DNA of 64,000 bases from Eledone cirrhosa (Eukaryota): the NCBI GenBank assembly GCA_964016885.1, contig OZ024740.1:432078001-432142000 (forward strand). The letters are read 5' to 3'. The notes under the pieces were generated by a model that searched no databases, was not told the origin of the DNA, and worked only from the letters and a program-made list of their open reading frames with translations. Position numbers and translations under genes: made by a program. Positions 10,964-25,577 of the stretch are shown one piece after another. Position 1 is the first letter of the stretch; every line of letters begins with the position of its first letter.

Positions 10964-13900
10964 GCTACAGCTGCAATATTATATAGTTTCTACAACAGAC
11001 CACAACAGTCACCTAGTGGGGAAGAGAGACATTATCTGGCTACAGCTGCCATATTATATAGTTTCTACAACAGACCACAACAGTCACCTAGTGGGGAAGA
11101 CAGACATTATCAGGCTACAGCTGCCATATTATATAGTTTCTACAACAGAACACAACAGTCACCTAGTGGGGAAGATAGACATTATCAGGCTGCAGCTGTC
11201 ATATTACATAGTTTCTACAACAGAACACAACAGTCACCTAATGGGGAAGACAGACATTATCAGGCTACAGCTGCCATATTATATAGTTTCTACAACAGAC
11301 CACAACAGTCACCTAGTGGGGAAGACAGACATTATCAGGCTACAGCTGTCATATTACATAGTTTCTACAACAGACCACAACAGTCACCTAGTGGGGAAGA
11401 CAGACATTATCAGGCTACAGCTGCCATATTATATAGTTTCTACAACAGACCACAACAGTCACCAAATGGGCAAGATAGACATTATCAGGCTACAGCTGTC
11501 ATATTATATAGTTTCTACAACAGACCACAACAGTCACCTAGTGGGGAAGACAGACATTATCTGGCTACAGCTGCCATATTATATAGTTTCTACAACAGAA
11601 CACAACAGTCACCTAGTGGGGAAGACAGACATTATCAGGCTACAGCTGTCATATTACATAGTTTCTACAACAGAACACAACAGTCACCTAATGGGGAAGA
11701 CAGACATTGTCAGGCTACAGCTGCTATGTTATATAGTTTCTACAACAGACCACAACAGTCACCTAGTGGGGAAGACAGACATTATCTGGCTACAGCTGCC
11801 ATATTATATAGTTTCTACAACAGACCACAACAGTCACCTAGTGGGGAAGACAGACATTATCAGGCTACAGCTGCCATATTATATAGTTTCTACAACAGAC
11901 CACAACAGTCACCTAGTGGGGAAGACAGACATTATCAGGCTACAGCTGTCATGTTATATAGTTTCTACAACAGACCACAACAGTCACCAAATGGGGAAGA
12001 CAGACATTATAAGGCTACAGCTGTCATATTATATAGTTTCTACAACAGACCACAACAGTCACCTAGTGGGGAAGACAGACATTATCAGGCTACAGCTGTC
12101 ATATTACATAGTTTCTACAACAAACCACAACAGTCACCTAGTGGGGAAGACAGACATTATCAGGCTACAGCTGCCATATTATATAGTTTCTACAACAGAC
12201 CACAACAGTCACCAAATGGGCAAGATAGACATTATCAGGCTACAGCTGTCATATTATATAGTTTCTACAACAGACCACAACAGTCACCTAGTGGGGAAGA
12301 CAGACATTATCTGCCTACAGCTGCCATATTATATAGTTTCTACAACAGAACACAACAGTCACCTAGTGGGGAAGACAGACATTATCAGGCTACAGCTGTC
12401 ATATTACATAGTTTCTACAACAGAACACAACAGTCACCTAATGGGGAAGACAGACATTATCAGGCTACAGCTGCCATATTATATAGTTTCTACAACAGAC
12501 CACAATAGTCACCTAGTGGGGAAGACAGACATTATCTGGCTACAGATGCCATATTATATAGTTTCTACAACAGACCATAACAGTCACCTAGTGGGGAAGA
12601 CAGACATTATCTGGCTACAGCTGCCATATTATATAGTTTCTACAACAGAACACAACAGTCACCTAGTGGGGAAGACAGACATTATCTGGCTACAGCTGCC
12701 ATATTATATAGTTTCTACAACAGAACACAACAGTCACCTAGTGGGGAAGACAGACATTATCAAGCTACAGCTGTCATATTACATAGTTTCTACAACAGAA
12801 CACAACAGTCACTAAATGGGGAAGACAGACATTATCAGGCTACAGCTGTCATATTATATAGTTTCTACAACAGACCACAACAGTCACCTAGTGGGGAAGA
12901 CAGACATTATCAGGCTACAGCTGTCATGTTATATAGTTTCTATAACAGACCACAACAGTCACCTAGTGGGGAAGACAGACATTATCAGGCTACAGCTGTC
13001 ATATTACATAGTTTCTACAACAGACCACAACAGTCACCTAGTGGGGAAGACAGACATTATCAGGCTACAGCTGTCATATTACATAGTTTCTACAACAGAC
13101 CACAACAGTCACCTAGTGGGGAAGACAGAAATTATCAGGCTACAGCTGTCATATTACATAGTTTCTACAACAGACCACAACAGTCACCTAGTGGGGAACA
13201 CAGACATTATCAGGCTACAGCTGCCATATTATATAGTTTCTACAACAGACCACAACAGTCACATAGTGGGGAAGACAGACATTATCAGGCTACAGCTGTC
13301 ATATTACATAGTTTCTACAACAGACCACAACAGTCCCCTAGTGGGGAAGACAGACATTATCAGGCTACAGCTGCCATATTATATAGTTTCTACAACAGAC
13401 CACAACAGTCACCAAATGGGCAAGATAGACATTATCAGGCTACAGCTGTGATATTATATAGTTTCTACAACAGACCACAACAGTCACCTAGTGGGGAAGA
13501 CAGACATTATCTGGCTACAGCTGCCATATTATATAGTTTCTACAACAGAACACAACAGTCACCTAGGGGGGAAGACAGACATTATCAGGCTACAGCTGTC
13601 ATATTACATAGTTTCTACAACAGAACACAACAGTCACCTAATGGGGAAGACAGACAATGTCAGGCTACAGCTGCCATGTTATATAGTTTCTACAACAGAC
13701 CAGAACAGTCACCTAGTGGGGAAGACAGACATTATCTGGTTACAGCTGCCATATTATATAGTTTCTACAACAGACCACAACAGTCACCTAGTGGGGAAGA
13801 CAGACATTATCAGGCTACAGCTGCCATATTATATAGTTTCTACAACAGACCACAACAGTCACCTAGTGGGGAAGACAGACATTATCTGGCTACAGCTGCC

Positions 13901-16900
13901 ATATTTTATAGTTTCTACAACAGACCACAACAGTCACCTAGTGGGGAAGACAGACATTATCAGGCTACAGCTGCAATATTATATAGTTTCTACAACAGAC
14001 CACAACAGTCACCTAGTGGGGAAGACAGACATTATCTGGCTACAGCTGCCATATTATATAGTTTCTACAACAGACCACAACAGTCACCTAGTGGGGAAGA
14101 CAGACATTATCAGGCTACAGCTGCCATATTATATAGTTTCTACAACAGAACACAACAGTCACCTAGTGGGGAAGATAGACATTATCAGGCTACAGCTGTC
14201 ATATTACATAGTTTCTACAACAGAACACAACAGTCACCTAATGGGGAAGACAGACATTATCAGGCTACAGCTGCCATATTATATAGTTTCTACAACAGAC
14301 CACAACAGTCACCTAGTGGGGAAGACAGACATTATCAGGCTACAGCTGTCATATTACATAGTTTCTATAACAGACCACAACAGTCACCTAGTGGGGAAGA
14401 CAGACATTATCAGGCTACAGCTGTCATATTACATAGTTTCTATAACAGACCACAACAGTCACCTAGTGGGGAAGACAGACATTATCAGGCTACAGCTGCC
14501 ATATTATATAGTTTCTACAACAGACCACAACAGTCACCAAATGGGCAAGATAGACATTATCAGGCTACAGCTGTCATATTATATAGTTTCTACAACAGAC
14601 CACAACAGTCACCTAGTGGGGAAGACAGACATTATCTGGCTACAGCTGCCATATTATATAGTTTCTACAACAGAACACAACAATCACCTAGTGGGGAAGA
14701 CAGACATTATCAGGCTACAGCTGTCATATTACATAGTTTCTACAACAGAACACAACAGTCACCTAATGGGGAAGACAGACATTATCTGGCTACAGCTGCA
14801 ATATTATATAGTTTCTACAACAGACCACAACAGTCACCTAGTGGGGAAGACAGACATTATCAGGCTACAGCTGCCATATTATATAGTTTCTACAACAGAC
14901 CACAACAGTCACCTAGTGGGGAAGACAGACATTATCTGGCTACAGCTGCCATATTTTATAGTTTCTACAACAGACCACAAGAGTCACCTAGTGGGGAAGA
15001 CAGACATTATCAGGCTACAGCTGCAATATTATATAGTTTCTACAACAGACCACAACAGTCACCTAGTGGGGAAGACAGACATTATCTGGCTACAGCTACC
15101 ATATTATATAGTTTCTACAACAGACCACAACAGTCACCTAGTGGGGAAGACAGACATTATCAGGCTACAGCTGCCATATTATATAGTTTCTACAACAGAA
15201 CACAACAGTCACCTAATGGGGAAGACAGACATTATCAGGCTACAGCTGCCATATTATATAGTTTCTACAACAGACCACAACAGTCACCTAGAGGGGAAGA
15301 CAGACATTATCAGGCTACAGCTGTCATATTACATAGTTTCTACAACAGACCACAACAGTCACCTAGTGGGGAAGACAGACATTATCAGGCTACAGCTGGC
15401 ATATTATATAGTTTCTACAACAGACCACAACAGTCACCAAATGGGCAAGATAGACATTATCAGGCTACAGCTGTCATATTATATAGTTTCTACAACAGAC
15501 CACAACAGTCACCTAGTGGGGAAGACAGACATTATCTGGCTACAGCTGCAATATTATATAGTTTCTACAACAGAACACAACAGTCACCTAGTGGGGAAGA
15601 CAGACATTATCAGGCTACAGCTGTCATATTACATAGTTTCTAAAACAGAACACAACAGTTACCTAATGGGGAAGACAGACATTGTCAGGCTACAGCTGCC
15701 ATGTTATATAGTTTCTACAACAGACCACAACAGTCACCTAGTGGGGAAGACAGACATTATCTGGCTACAGCTGCCATATTATATAGTTTCTACAACAGAC
15801 CACAACAGTCACCAAATGGGGAAGACAGACATTATAAGGCTACAGCTGTCATATTATATAGTTTCTACAACAGACCACAACAGTCACCTAGTGGGGGAAG
15901 ACAGACATTATCAGGCTACAGCTGTCATATTACATAGTTTCTACAACAGACCACAACAGTCACCTAGTGGGGAAGACAGACATTATCAGGCTACAGCTGC
16001 CATATTATATAGTTTCTACAACAGACCACAACAGTCACCAAATGGGCAAGATAGTCATTATCAGGCTACAGCTGTCATATTATATAGTTTCTACAACAGA
16101 CCACAACAGTCACCTAGTGGGGAAGACAGACATTATCTGGCTACAGCTGCCATATTATATAGTTTCTACAACAGAACACAACAGTCACCTAGTGGGGAAG
16201 ACAGACATTATCAGGCTACAGCTGTCATATTACATAGTTTCTACAACAGAACACAACAGTCACCTAATGGGGAAGACAGACATTATCAGGCTACAGCTGC
16301 CATATTATATAGTTTCTACAACAGACCACAATAGTCACCTAGTGGGGAAGACAGACATTATCCGGCAACAGCTGCCATATTATATAGTTTCTACAACAGA
16401 CCACAACAGTCACCTAGTGGGGAAGACAGACATTATCTGGCAACAGCTGCCATATTATATAGTTTCTACAACAGACCACAACAGTCACCTAGTGGGGAAG
16501 ACAGACATTATCTGGCTACAGCTGCCATATTATATAGTTTCTACAACAGAACACAACAGTCACCTAGTGGGGAAGACAGACATTATCAGGCTACAGCTGT
16601 CATATTACATAGTTTCTACAACAGAACACAACAGTCACTAAATGGGGAAGACAGACATTATCAGGCTACAGCTGTCATATTATATAGTTTCTTCAACAGA
16701 CCACAACAGTCACCTAGTGGGGAAGACAGACATTATCAGGCTACAGCTGTCATGTTATATAGTTTCTATAACAGACCACAACAGTCACCTAGTGGGGAAG
16801 ACAGACATTATCAGGCTACAGCTGCCATATTATATAGTTTCTACAACAGACCACAACAGTCACATAGTGGGGAAGACAGACATTATCAGGCTACAGCTGT

Positions 16901-19900
16901 CATATTACATAGTTTCTACAACAGACCACAACAGTCACCTAGTGGGGAAGACAGACATTATCAGGCTACAGCTGTCATATTACATAGTTTCTACAACAGA
17001 CCACAACAGTCACATAGTGGGGAAGACAGACATTATCAGGCTACAGCTGTCATATTACATAGTTTCTAAAACAGACCACAACAGTCACCTAGTGGGGAAG
17101 ACAGACATTATCAGGCTACAGTTGCAATATTATATAGTTTCTACAACAGACCACAACAGTCACCTAGTGGGGAAGACAGACATTATCTGGCTACAGCTGC
17201 CATATTATATAGTTTCTACAACAGACAACAACAGTCACCTAGTGGGGAAGACAGACATTATCTGGCTACAGCTGCCATATTATATAGTTTCTACAACAGA
17301 CCACAACAGTCACCTAGTGGGGAAGACAGACATTATCAGGCTACAGCTGTCATATTACATAGTTTCTACAACAGACCACAACAGTCACCTAGTGGGGAAG
17401 ACAGACATTATCAGGCTACAGCTGTCATATTACATAGTTTCTACAACAGACCACAACAGTCACATAGTGGGGAAGACAGACATTATCAGGCTACAGCTGT
17501 CATATTACATAGTTTCTACAACAGACCACAACAGTCACCAAATGGGCAAGATAGACATTATCAGACTACAGCTGTCATATTATATAGTTTCTACAACAGA
17601 CCACAACACTCACCTAGTGGGGAAGACAGACATTATCAGGCTACAGCTGCCATATTATATAGTTTCTACAACAGACCACAACAGTCACCAAATGTGGAAG
17701 ACAGACATTATCAGGCTACAGCTGCCATATTACTTAGTTTCTACAACAGACCACAACAGTCACCTAGTGGGGAAGACAGACATTATCAGGCTACAGCTGT
17801 CATATTACATAGTTTCTATAACAGACCACAACAGTCACCTAGTGGGGAAGACAGACATTATCTGGCTACAGCTGCCATATTATATAGTTTCTACAACAGA
17901 ACACAACAATCACCTAGTGGGGAAGACAGACATTATCAGGCTACAGCTGTCATATTACATAGTTTCTACAACAGAACACAACAGTCACCTAATGGGGAAG
18001 ACAGACATTATCTGGCTACAGCTGCAATATTATATAGTTTCTACAACAGACCACAACAGTCACCTAGTGGGGAAGACAGACATTATCAGGCTACAGCTGC
18101 CATATTATATAGTTTCTACAACAGACCACAACAGTCACCTAGTGGGGAAGACAGACATTATCTGGCTACAGCTGCCATATTTTATAGTTTCTACAACAGA
18201 CCACAAGAGTCACCTAGTGGGGAAGACAGACATTATCAGGCTACAGCTGCAATATTATATAGTTTCTACAACAGACCACAACAGTCACCTAGTGGGGAAG
18301 AGAGACATTATCTGGCTACAGCTGCCATATTATATAGTTTCTACAACAGACCACAACAGTCACCTAGTGGGGAAGACAGACATTATCAGGCTACAGCTGC
18401 CATATTATATAGTTTCTACAACAGAACACAACAGTCACCTAGTGGGGAAGATAGACATTATCAGGCTGCAGCTGTCATATTACATAGTTTCTACAACAGA
18501 ACACAACAGTCACCTAATGGGGAAGACAGACATTATCAGGCTACAGCTGCCATATTATATAGTTTCTACAACAGACCACAACAGTCACCTAGTGGGGAAG
18601 ACAGACATTATCAGGCTACAGCTGTCATATTACATAGTTTCTACAACAGACCACAACAGTCACCTAGTGGGGAAGACAGACATTATCAGGCTACAGCTGC
18701 CATATTATATAGTTTCTACAACAGACCACAACAGTCACCAAATGGGCAAGATAGACATTATCAGGCTACAGCTGTCATATTATATAGTTTCTACAACAGA
18801 CCACAACAGTCACCTAGTGGGGAAGACAGACATTATCTGGCTACAGCTGCCATATTATATAGTTTCTACAACAGAACACAACAGTCACCTAGTGGGGAAG
18901 ACAGACATTATCAGGCTACAGCTGTCATATTACATAGTTTCTACAACAGAACACAACAGTCACCTAATGGGGAAGACAGACATTGTCAGGCTACAGCTGC
19001 TATGTTATATAGTTTCTACAACAGACCACAACAGTCACCTAGTGGGGAAGACAGACATTATCTGGCTACAGCTGCCATATTATATAGTTTCTACAACAGA
19101 CCACAACAGTCACCTAGTGGGGAAGACAGACATTATCAGGCTACAGCTGCCATATTATATAGTTTCTACAACAGACCACAACAGTCACCTAGTGGGGAAG
19201 ACAGACATTATCAGGCTACAGCTGTCATGTTATATAGTTTCTACAACAGACCACAACAGTCACCAAATGGGGAAGACAGACATTATAAGGCTACAGCTGT
19301 CATATTATATAGTTTCTACAACAGACCACAACAGTCACCTAGTGGGGAAGACAGACATTATCAGGCTACAGCTGTCATATTACATAGTTTCTACAACAAA
19401 CCACAACAGTCACCTAGTGGGGAAGACAGACATTATCAGGCTACAGCTGCCATATTATATAGTTTCTACAACAGACCACAACAGTCACCAAATGGGCAAG
19501 ATAGACATTATCAGGCTACAGCTGTCATATTATATAGTTTCTACAACAGACCACAACAGTCACCTAGTGGGGAAGACAGACATTATCTGCCTACAGCTGC
19601 CATATTATATAGTTTCTACAACAGAACACAACAGTCACCTAGTGGGGAAGACAGACATTATCAGGCTACAGCTGTCATATTACATAGTTTCTACAACAGA
19701 ACACAACAGTCACCTAATGGGGAAGACAGACATTATCAGGCTACAGCTGCCATATTATATAGTTTCTACAACAGACCACAATAGTCACCTAGTGGGGAAG
19801 ACAGACATTATCTGGCTACAGATGCCATATTATATAGTTTCTACAACAGACCATAACAGTCACCTAGTGGGGAAGACAGACATTATCTGGCTACAGCTGC

Positions 19901-22900
19901 CATATTATATAGTTTCTACAACAGAACACAACAGTCACCTAGTGGGGAAGACAGACATTATCTGGCTACAGCTGCCATATTATATAGTTTCTACAACAGA
20001 ACACAACAGTCACCTAGTGGGGAAGACAGACATTATCAAGCTACAGCTGTCATATTACATAGTTTCTACAACAGAACACAACAGTCACTAAATGGGGAAG
20101 ACAGACATTATCAGGCTACAGCTGTCATATTATATAGTTTCTACAACAGACCACAACAGTCACCTAGTGGGGAAGACAGACATTATCAGGCTACAGCTGT
20201 CATGTTATATAGTTTCTATAACAGACCACAACAGTCACCTAGTGGGGAAGACAGACATTATCAGGCTACAGCTGTCATATTACATAGTTTCTACAACAGA
20301 CCACAACAGTCACCTAGTGGGGAAGACAGACATTATCAGGCTACAGCTGTCATATTACATAGTTTCTACAACAGACCACAACAGTCACCTAGTGGGGAAG
20401 ACAGAAATTATCAGGCTACAGCTGTCATATTACATAGTTTCTACAACAGACCACAACAGTCACCTAGTGGGGAACACAGACATTATCAGGCTACAGCTGC
20501 CATATTATATAGTTTCTACAACAGACCACAACAGTCACATAGTGGGGAAGACAGACATTATCAGGCTACAGCTGTCATATTACATAGTTTCTACAACAGA
20601 CCACAACAGTCCCCTAGTGGGGAAGACAGACATTATCAGGCTACAGCTGCCATATTATATAGTTTCTACAACAGACCACAACAGTCACCAAATGGGCAAG
20701 ATAGACATTATCAGGCTACAGCTGTGATATTATATAGTTTCTACAACAGACCACAACAGTCACCTAGTGGGGAAGACAGACATTATCTGGCTACAGCTGC
20801 CATATTATATAGTTTCTACAACAGAACACAACAGTCACCTAGGGGGGAAGACAGACATTATCAGGCTACAGCTGTCATATTACATAGTTTCTACAACAGA
20901 ACACAACAGTCACCTAATGGGGAAGACAGACAATGTCAGGCTACAGCTGCCATGTTATATAGTTTCTACAACAGACCAGAACAGTCACCTAGTGGGGAAG
21001 ACAGACATTATCTGGTTACAGCTGCCATATTATATAGTTTCTACAACAGACCACAACAGTCACCTAGTGGGGAAGACAGACATTATCAGGCTACAGCTGC
21101 CATATTATATAGTTTCTACAACAGACCACAACAGTCACCTAGTGGGGAAGACAGACATTATCTGGCTACAGCTGCCATATTTTATAGTTTCTACAACAGA
21201 CCACAACAGTCACCTAGTGGGGAAGACAGACATTATCAGGCTACAGCTGCAATATTATATAGTTTCTACAACAGACCACAACAGTCACCTAGTGGGGAAG
21301 ACAGACATTATCTGGCTACAGCTGCCATATTATATAGTTTCTACAACAGACCACAACAGTCACCTAGTGGGGAAGACAGACATTATCAGGCTACAGCTGC
21401 CATATTATATAGTTTCTACAACAGAACACAACAGTCACCTAGTGGGGAAGATAGACATTATCAGGCTACAGCTGTCATATTACATAGTTTCTACAACAGA
21501 ACACAACAGTCACCTAATGGGGAAGACAGACATTATCAGGCTACAGCTGCCATATTATATAGTTTCTACAACAGACCACAACAGTCACCTAGTGGGGAAG
21601 ACAGACATTATCAGGCTACAGCTGTCATATTACATAGTTTCTATAACAGACCACAACAGTCACCTAGTGGGGAAGACAGACATTATCAGGCTACAGCTGT
21701 CATATTACATAGTTTCTATAACAGACCACAACAGTCACCTAGTGGGGAAGACAGACATTATCAGGCTACAGCTGCCATATTATATAGTTTCTACAACAGA
21801 CCACAACAGTCACCAAATGGGCAAGATAGACATTATCAGGCTACAGCTGTCATATTATATAGTTTCTACAACAGACCACAACAGTCACCTAGTGGGGAAG
21901 ACAGACATTATCTGGCTACAGCTGCCATATTATATAGTTTCTACAACAGAACACAACAATCACCTAGTGGGGAAGACAGACATTATCAGGCTACAGCTGT
22001 CATATTACATAGTTTCTACAACAGAACACAACAGTCACCTAATGGGGAAGACAGACATTATCTGGCTACAGCTGCAATATTATATAGTTTCTACAACAGA
22101 CCACAACAGTCACCTAGTGGGGAAGACAGACATTATCAGGCTACAGCTGCCATATTATATAGTTTCTACAACAGACCACAACAGTCACCTAGTGGGGAAG
22201 ACAGACATTATCTGGCTACAGCTGCCATATTTTATAGTTTCTACAACAGACCACAAGAGTCACCTAGTGGGGAAGACAGACATTATCAGGCTACAGCTGC
22301 AATATTATATAGTTTCTACAACAGACCACAACAGTCACCTAGTGGGGAAGACAGACATTATCTGGCTACAGCTACCATATTATATAGTTTCTACAACAGA
22401 CCACAACAGTCACCTAGTGGGGAAGACAGACATTATCAGGCTACAGCTGCCATATTATATAGTTTCTACAACAGAACACAACAGTCACCTAATGGGGAAG
22501 ACAGACATTATCAGGCTACAGCTGCCATATTATATAGTTTCTACAACAGACCACAACAGTCACCTAGTGGGGAAGACAGACATTATCAGGCTACAGCTGT
22601 CATATTACATAGTTTCTACAACAGACCACAACAGTCACCTAGTGGGGAAGACAGACATTATCAGGCTACAGCTGGCATATTATATAGTTTCTACAACAGA
22701 CCACAACAGTCACCAAATGGGCAAGATAGACATTATCAGGCTACAGCTGTCATATTATATAGTTTCTACAACAGACCACAACAGTCACCTAGTGGGGAAG
22801 ACAGACATTATCTGGCTACAGCTGCAATATTATATAGTTTCTACAACAGAACACAACAGTCACCTAGTGGGGAAGACAGACATTATCAGGCTACAGCTGT

Positions 22901-25577
22901 CATATTACATAGTTTCTAAAACAGAACACAACAGTTACCTAATGGGGAAGACAGACATTGTCAGGCTACAGCTGCCATGTTATATAGTTTCTACAACAGA
23001 CCACAACAGTCACCTAGTGGGGAAGACAGACATTATCTGGCTACAGCTGCCATATTATATAGTTTCTACAACAGACCACAACAGTCACCAAATGGGGAAG
23101 ACAGACATTATAAGGCTACAGCTGTCATATTATATAGTTTCTACAACAGACCACAACAGTCACCTAGTGGGGGAAGACAGACATTATCAGGCTACAGCTG
23201 TCATATTACATAGTTTCTACAACAGACCACAACAGTCACCTAGTGGGGAAGACAGACATTATCAGGCTACAGCTGCCATATTATATAGTTTCTACAACAG
23301 ACCACAACAGTCACCAAATGGGCAAGATAGTCATTATCAGGCTACAGCTGTCATATTATATAGTTTCTACAACAGACCACAACAGTCACCTAGTGGGGAA
23401 GACAGACATTATCTGGCTACAGCTGCCATATTATATAGTTTCTACAACAGAACACAACAGTCACCTAGTGGGGAAGACAGACATTATCAGGCTACAGCTG
23501 TCATATTACATAGTTTCTACAACAGAACACAACAGTCACCTAATGGGGAAGACAGACATTATCAGGCTACAGCTGCCATATTATATAGTTTCTACAACAG
23601 ACCACAATAGTCACCTAGTGGGGAAGACAGACATTATCCGGCAACAGCTGCCATATTATATAGTTTCTACAACAGACCACAACAGTCACCTAGTGGGGAA
23701 GACAGACATTATCTGGCAACAGCTGCCATATTATATAGTTTCTACAACAGACCACAACAGTCACCTAGTGGGGAAGACAGACATTATCTGGCTACAGCTG
23801 CCATATTATATAGTTTCTACAACAGAACACAACAGTCACCTAGTGGGGAAGACAGACATTATCAGGCTACAGCTGTCATATTACATAGTTTCTACAACAG
23901 AACACAACAGTCACTAAATGGGGAAGACAGACATTATCAGGCTACAGCTGTCATATTATATAGTTTCTTCAACAGACCACAACAGTCACCTAGTGGGGAA
24001 GACAGACATTATCAGGCTACAGCTGTCATGTTATATAGTTTCTATAACAGACCACAACAGTCACCTAGTGGGGAAGACAGACATTATCAGGCTACAGCTG
24101 CCATATTATATAGTTTCTACAACAGACCACAACAGTCACATAGTGGGGAAGACAGACATTATCAGGCTACAGCTGTCATATTACATAGTTTCTACAACAG
24201 ACCACAACAGTCACCTAGTGGGGAAGACAGACATTATCAGGCTACAGCTGTCATATTACATAGTTTCTACAACAGACCACAACAGTCACATAGTGGGGAA
24301 GACAGACATTATCAGGCTACAGCTGTCATATTACATAGTTTCTAAAACAGACCACAACAGTCACCTAGTGGGGAAGACAGACATTATCAGGCTACAGTTG
24401 CAATATTATATAGTTTCTACAACAGACCACAACAGTCACCTAGTGGGGAAGACAGACATTATCTGGCTACAGCTGCCATATTATATAGTTTCTACAACAG
24501 ACAACAACAGTCACCTAGTGGGGAAGACAGACATTATCTGGCTACAGCTGCCATATTATATAGTTTCTACAACAGACCACAACAGTCACCTAGTGGGGAA
24601 GACAGACATTATCAGGCTACAGCTGTCATATTACATAGTTTCTACAACAGACCACAACAGTCACCTAGTGGGGAAGACAGACATTATCAGGCTACAGCTG
24701 TCATATTACATAGTTTCTACAACAGACCACAACAGTCACATAGTGGGGAAGACAGACATTATCAGGCTACAGCTGTCATATTACATAGTTTCTACAACAG
24801 ACCACAACAGTCACCAAATGGGCAAGATAGACATTATCAGACTACAGCTGTCATATTATATAGTTTCTACAACAGACCACAACACTCACCTAGTGGGGAA
24901 GACAGACATTATCAGGCTACAGCTGCCATATTATATAGTTTCTACAACAGACCACAACAGTCACCAAATGTGGAAGACAGACATTATCAGGCTACAGCTG
25001 CCATATTACTTAGTTTCTACAACAGACCACAACAGTCACCTAGTGGGGAAGACAGACATTATCAGGCTACAGCTGTCATATTACATAGTTTCTATAACAG
25101 ACCACAACAGTCACCTAGTGGGGAAGACAGACATTATCTGGCTACAGCTGCCATATTATATAGTTTCTACAACAGAACACAACAATCACCTAGTGGGGAA
25201 GACAGACATTATCAGGCTACAGCTGTCATATTACATAGTTTCTACAACAGAACACAACAGTCACCTAATGGGGAAGACAGACATTATCTGGCTACAGCTG
25301 CAATATTATATAGTTTCTACAACAGACCACAACAGTCACCTAGTGGGGAAGACAGACATTATCAGGCTACAGCTGCCATATTATATAGTTTCTACAACAG
25401 ACCACAACAGTCACCTAGTGGGGAAGACAGACATTATCTGGCTACAGCTGCCATATTTTATAGTTTCTACAACAGACCACAAGAGTCACCTAGTGGGGAA
25501 GACAGACATTATCAGGCTACAGCTGCAATATTATATAGTTTCTACAACAGACCACAACAGTCACCTAGTGGGGAAGA
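10964..25577 (+). repeat. Tandem duplication, offset 7276 bp (97 monomers + 1 bp)
   Basis: ORF pairs 12816/20092, 13491/20767, 15967/23243 and 16642/23918. The one difference I noticed is TAGAGG at about 15292 versus TAGTGG at about 22568. Confidence 0.93.

Larger units (their letters stand above)
1..13565 (+). repeat. Block duplication, offset 7650 bp (102 monomers): about 1-5915 matches about 7651-13565
   Basis: Identical ORF translations at 1416/9066, 2841/10491, 4076/11726 and 5166/12816. Shared rare variants include GTATCTAC (1161/8811), GTGAGGAAG (2466/10116) and CTGCCTAC (4661/12311). Confidence 0.93.
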
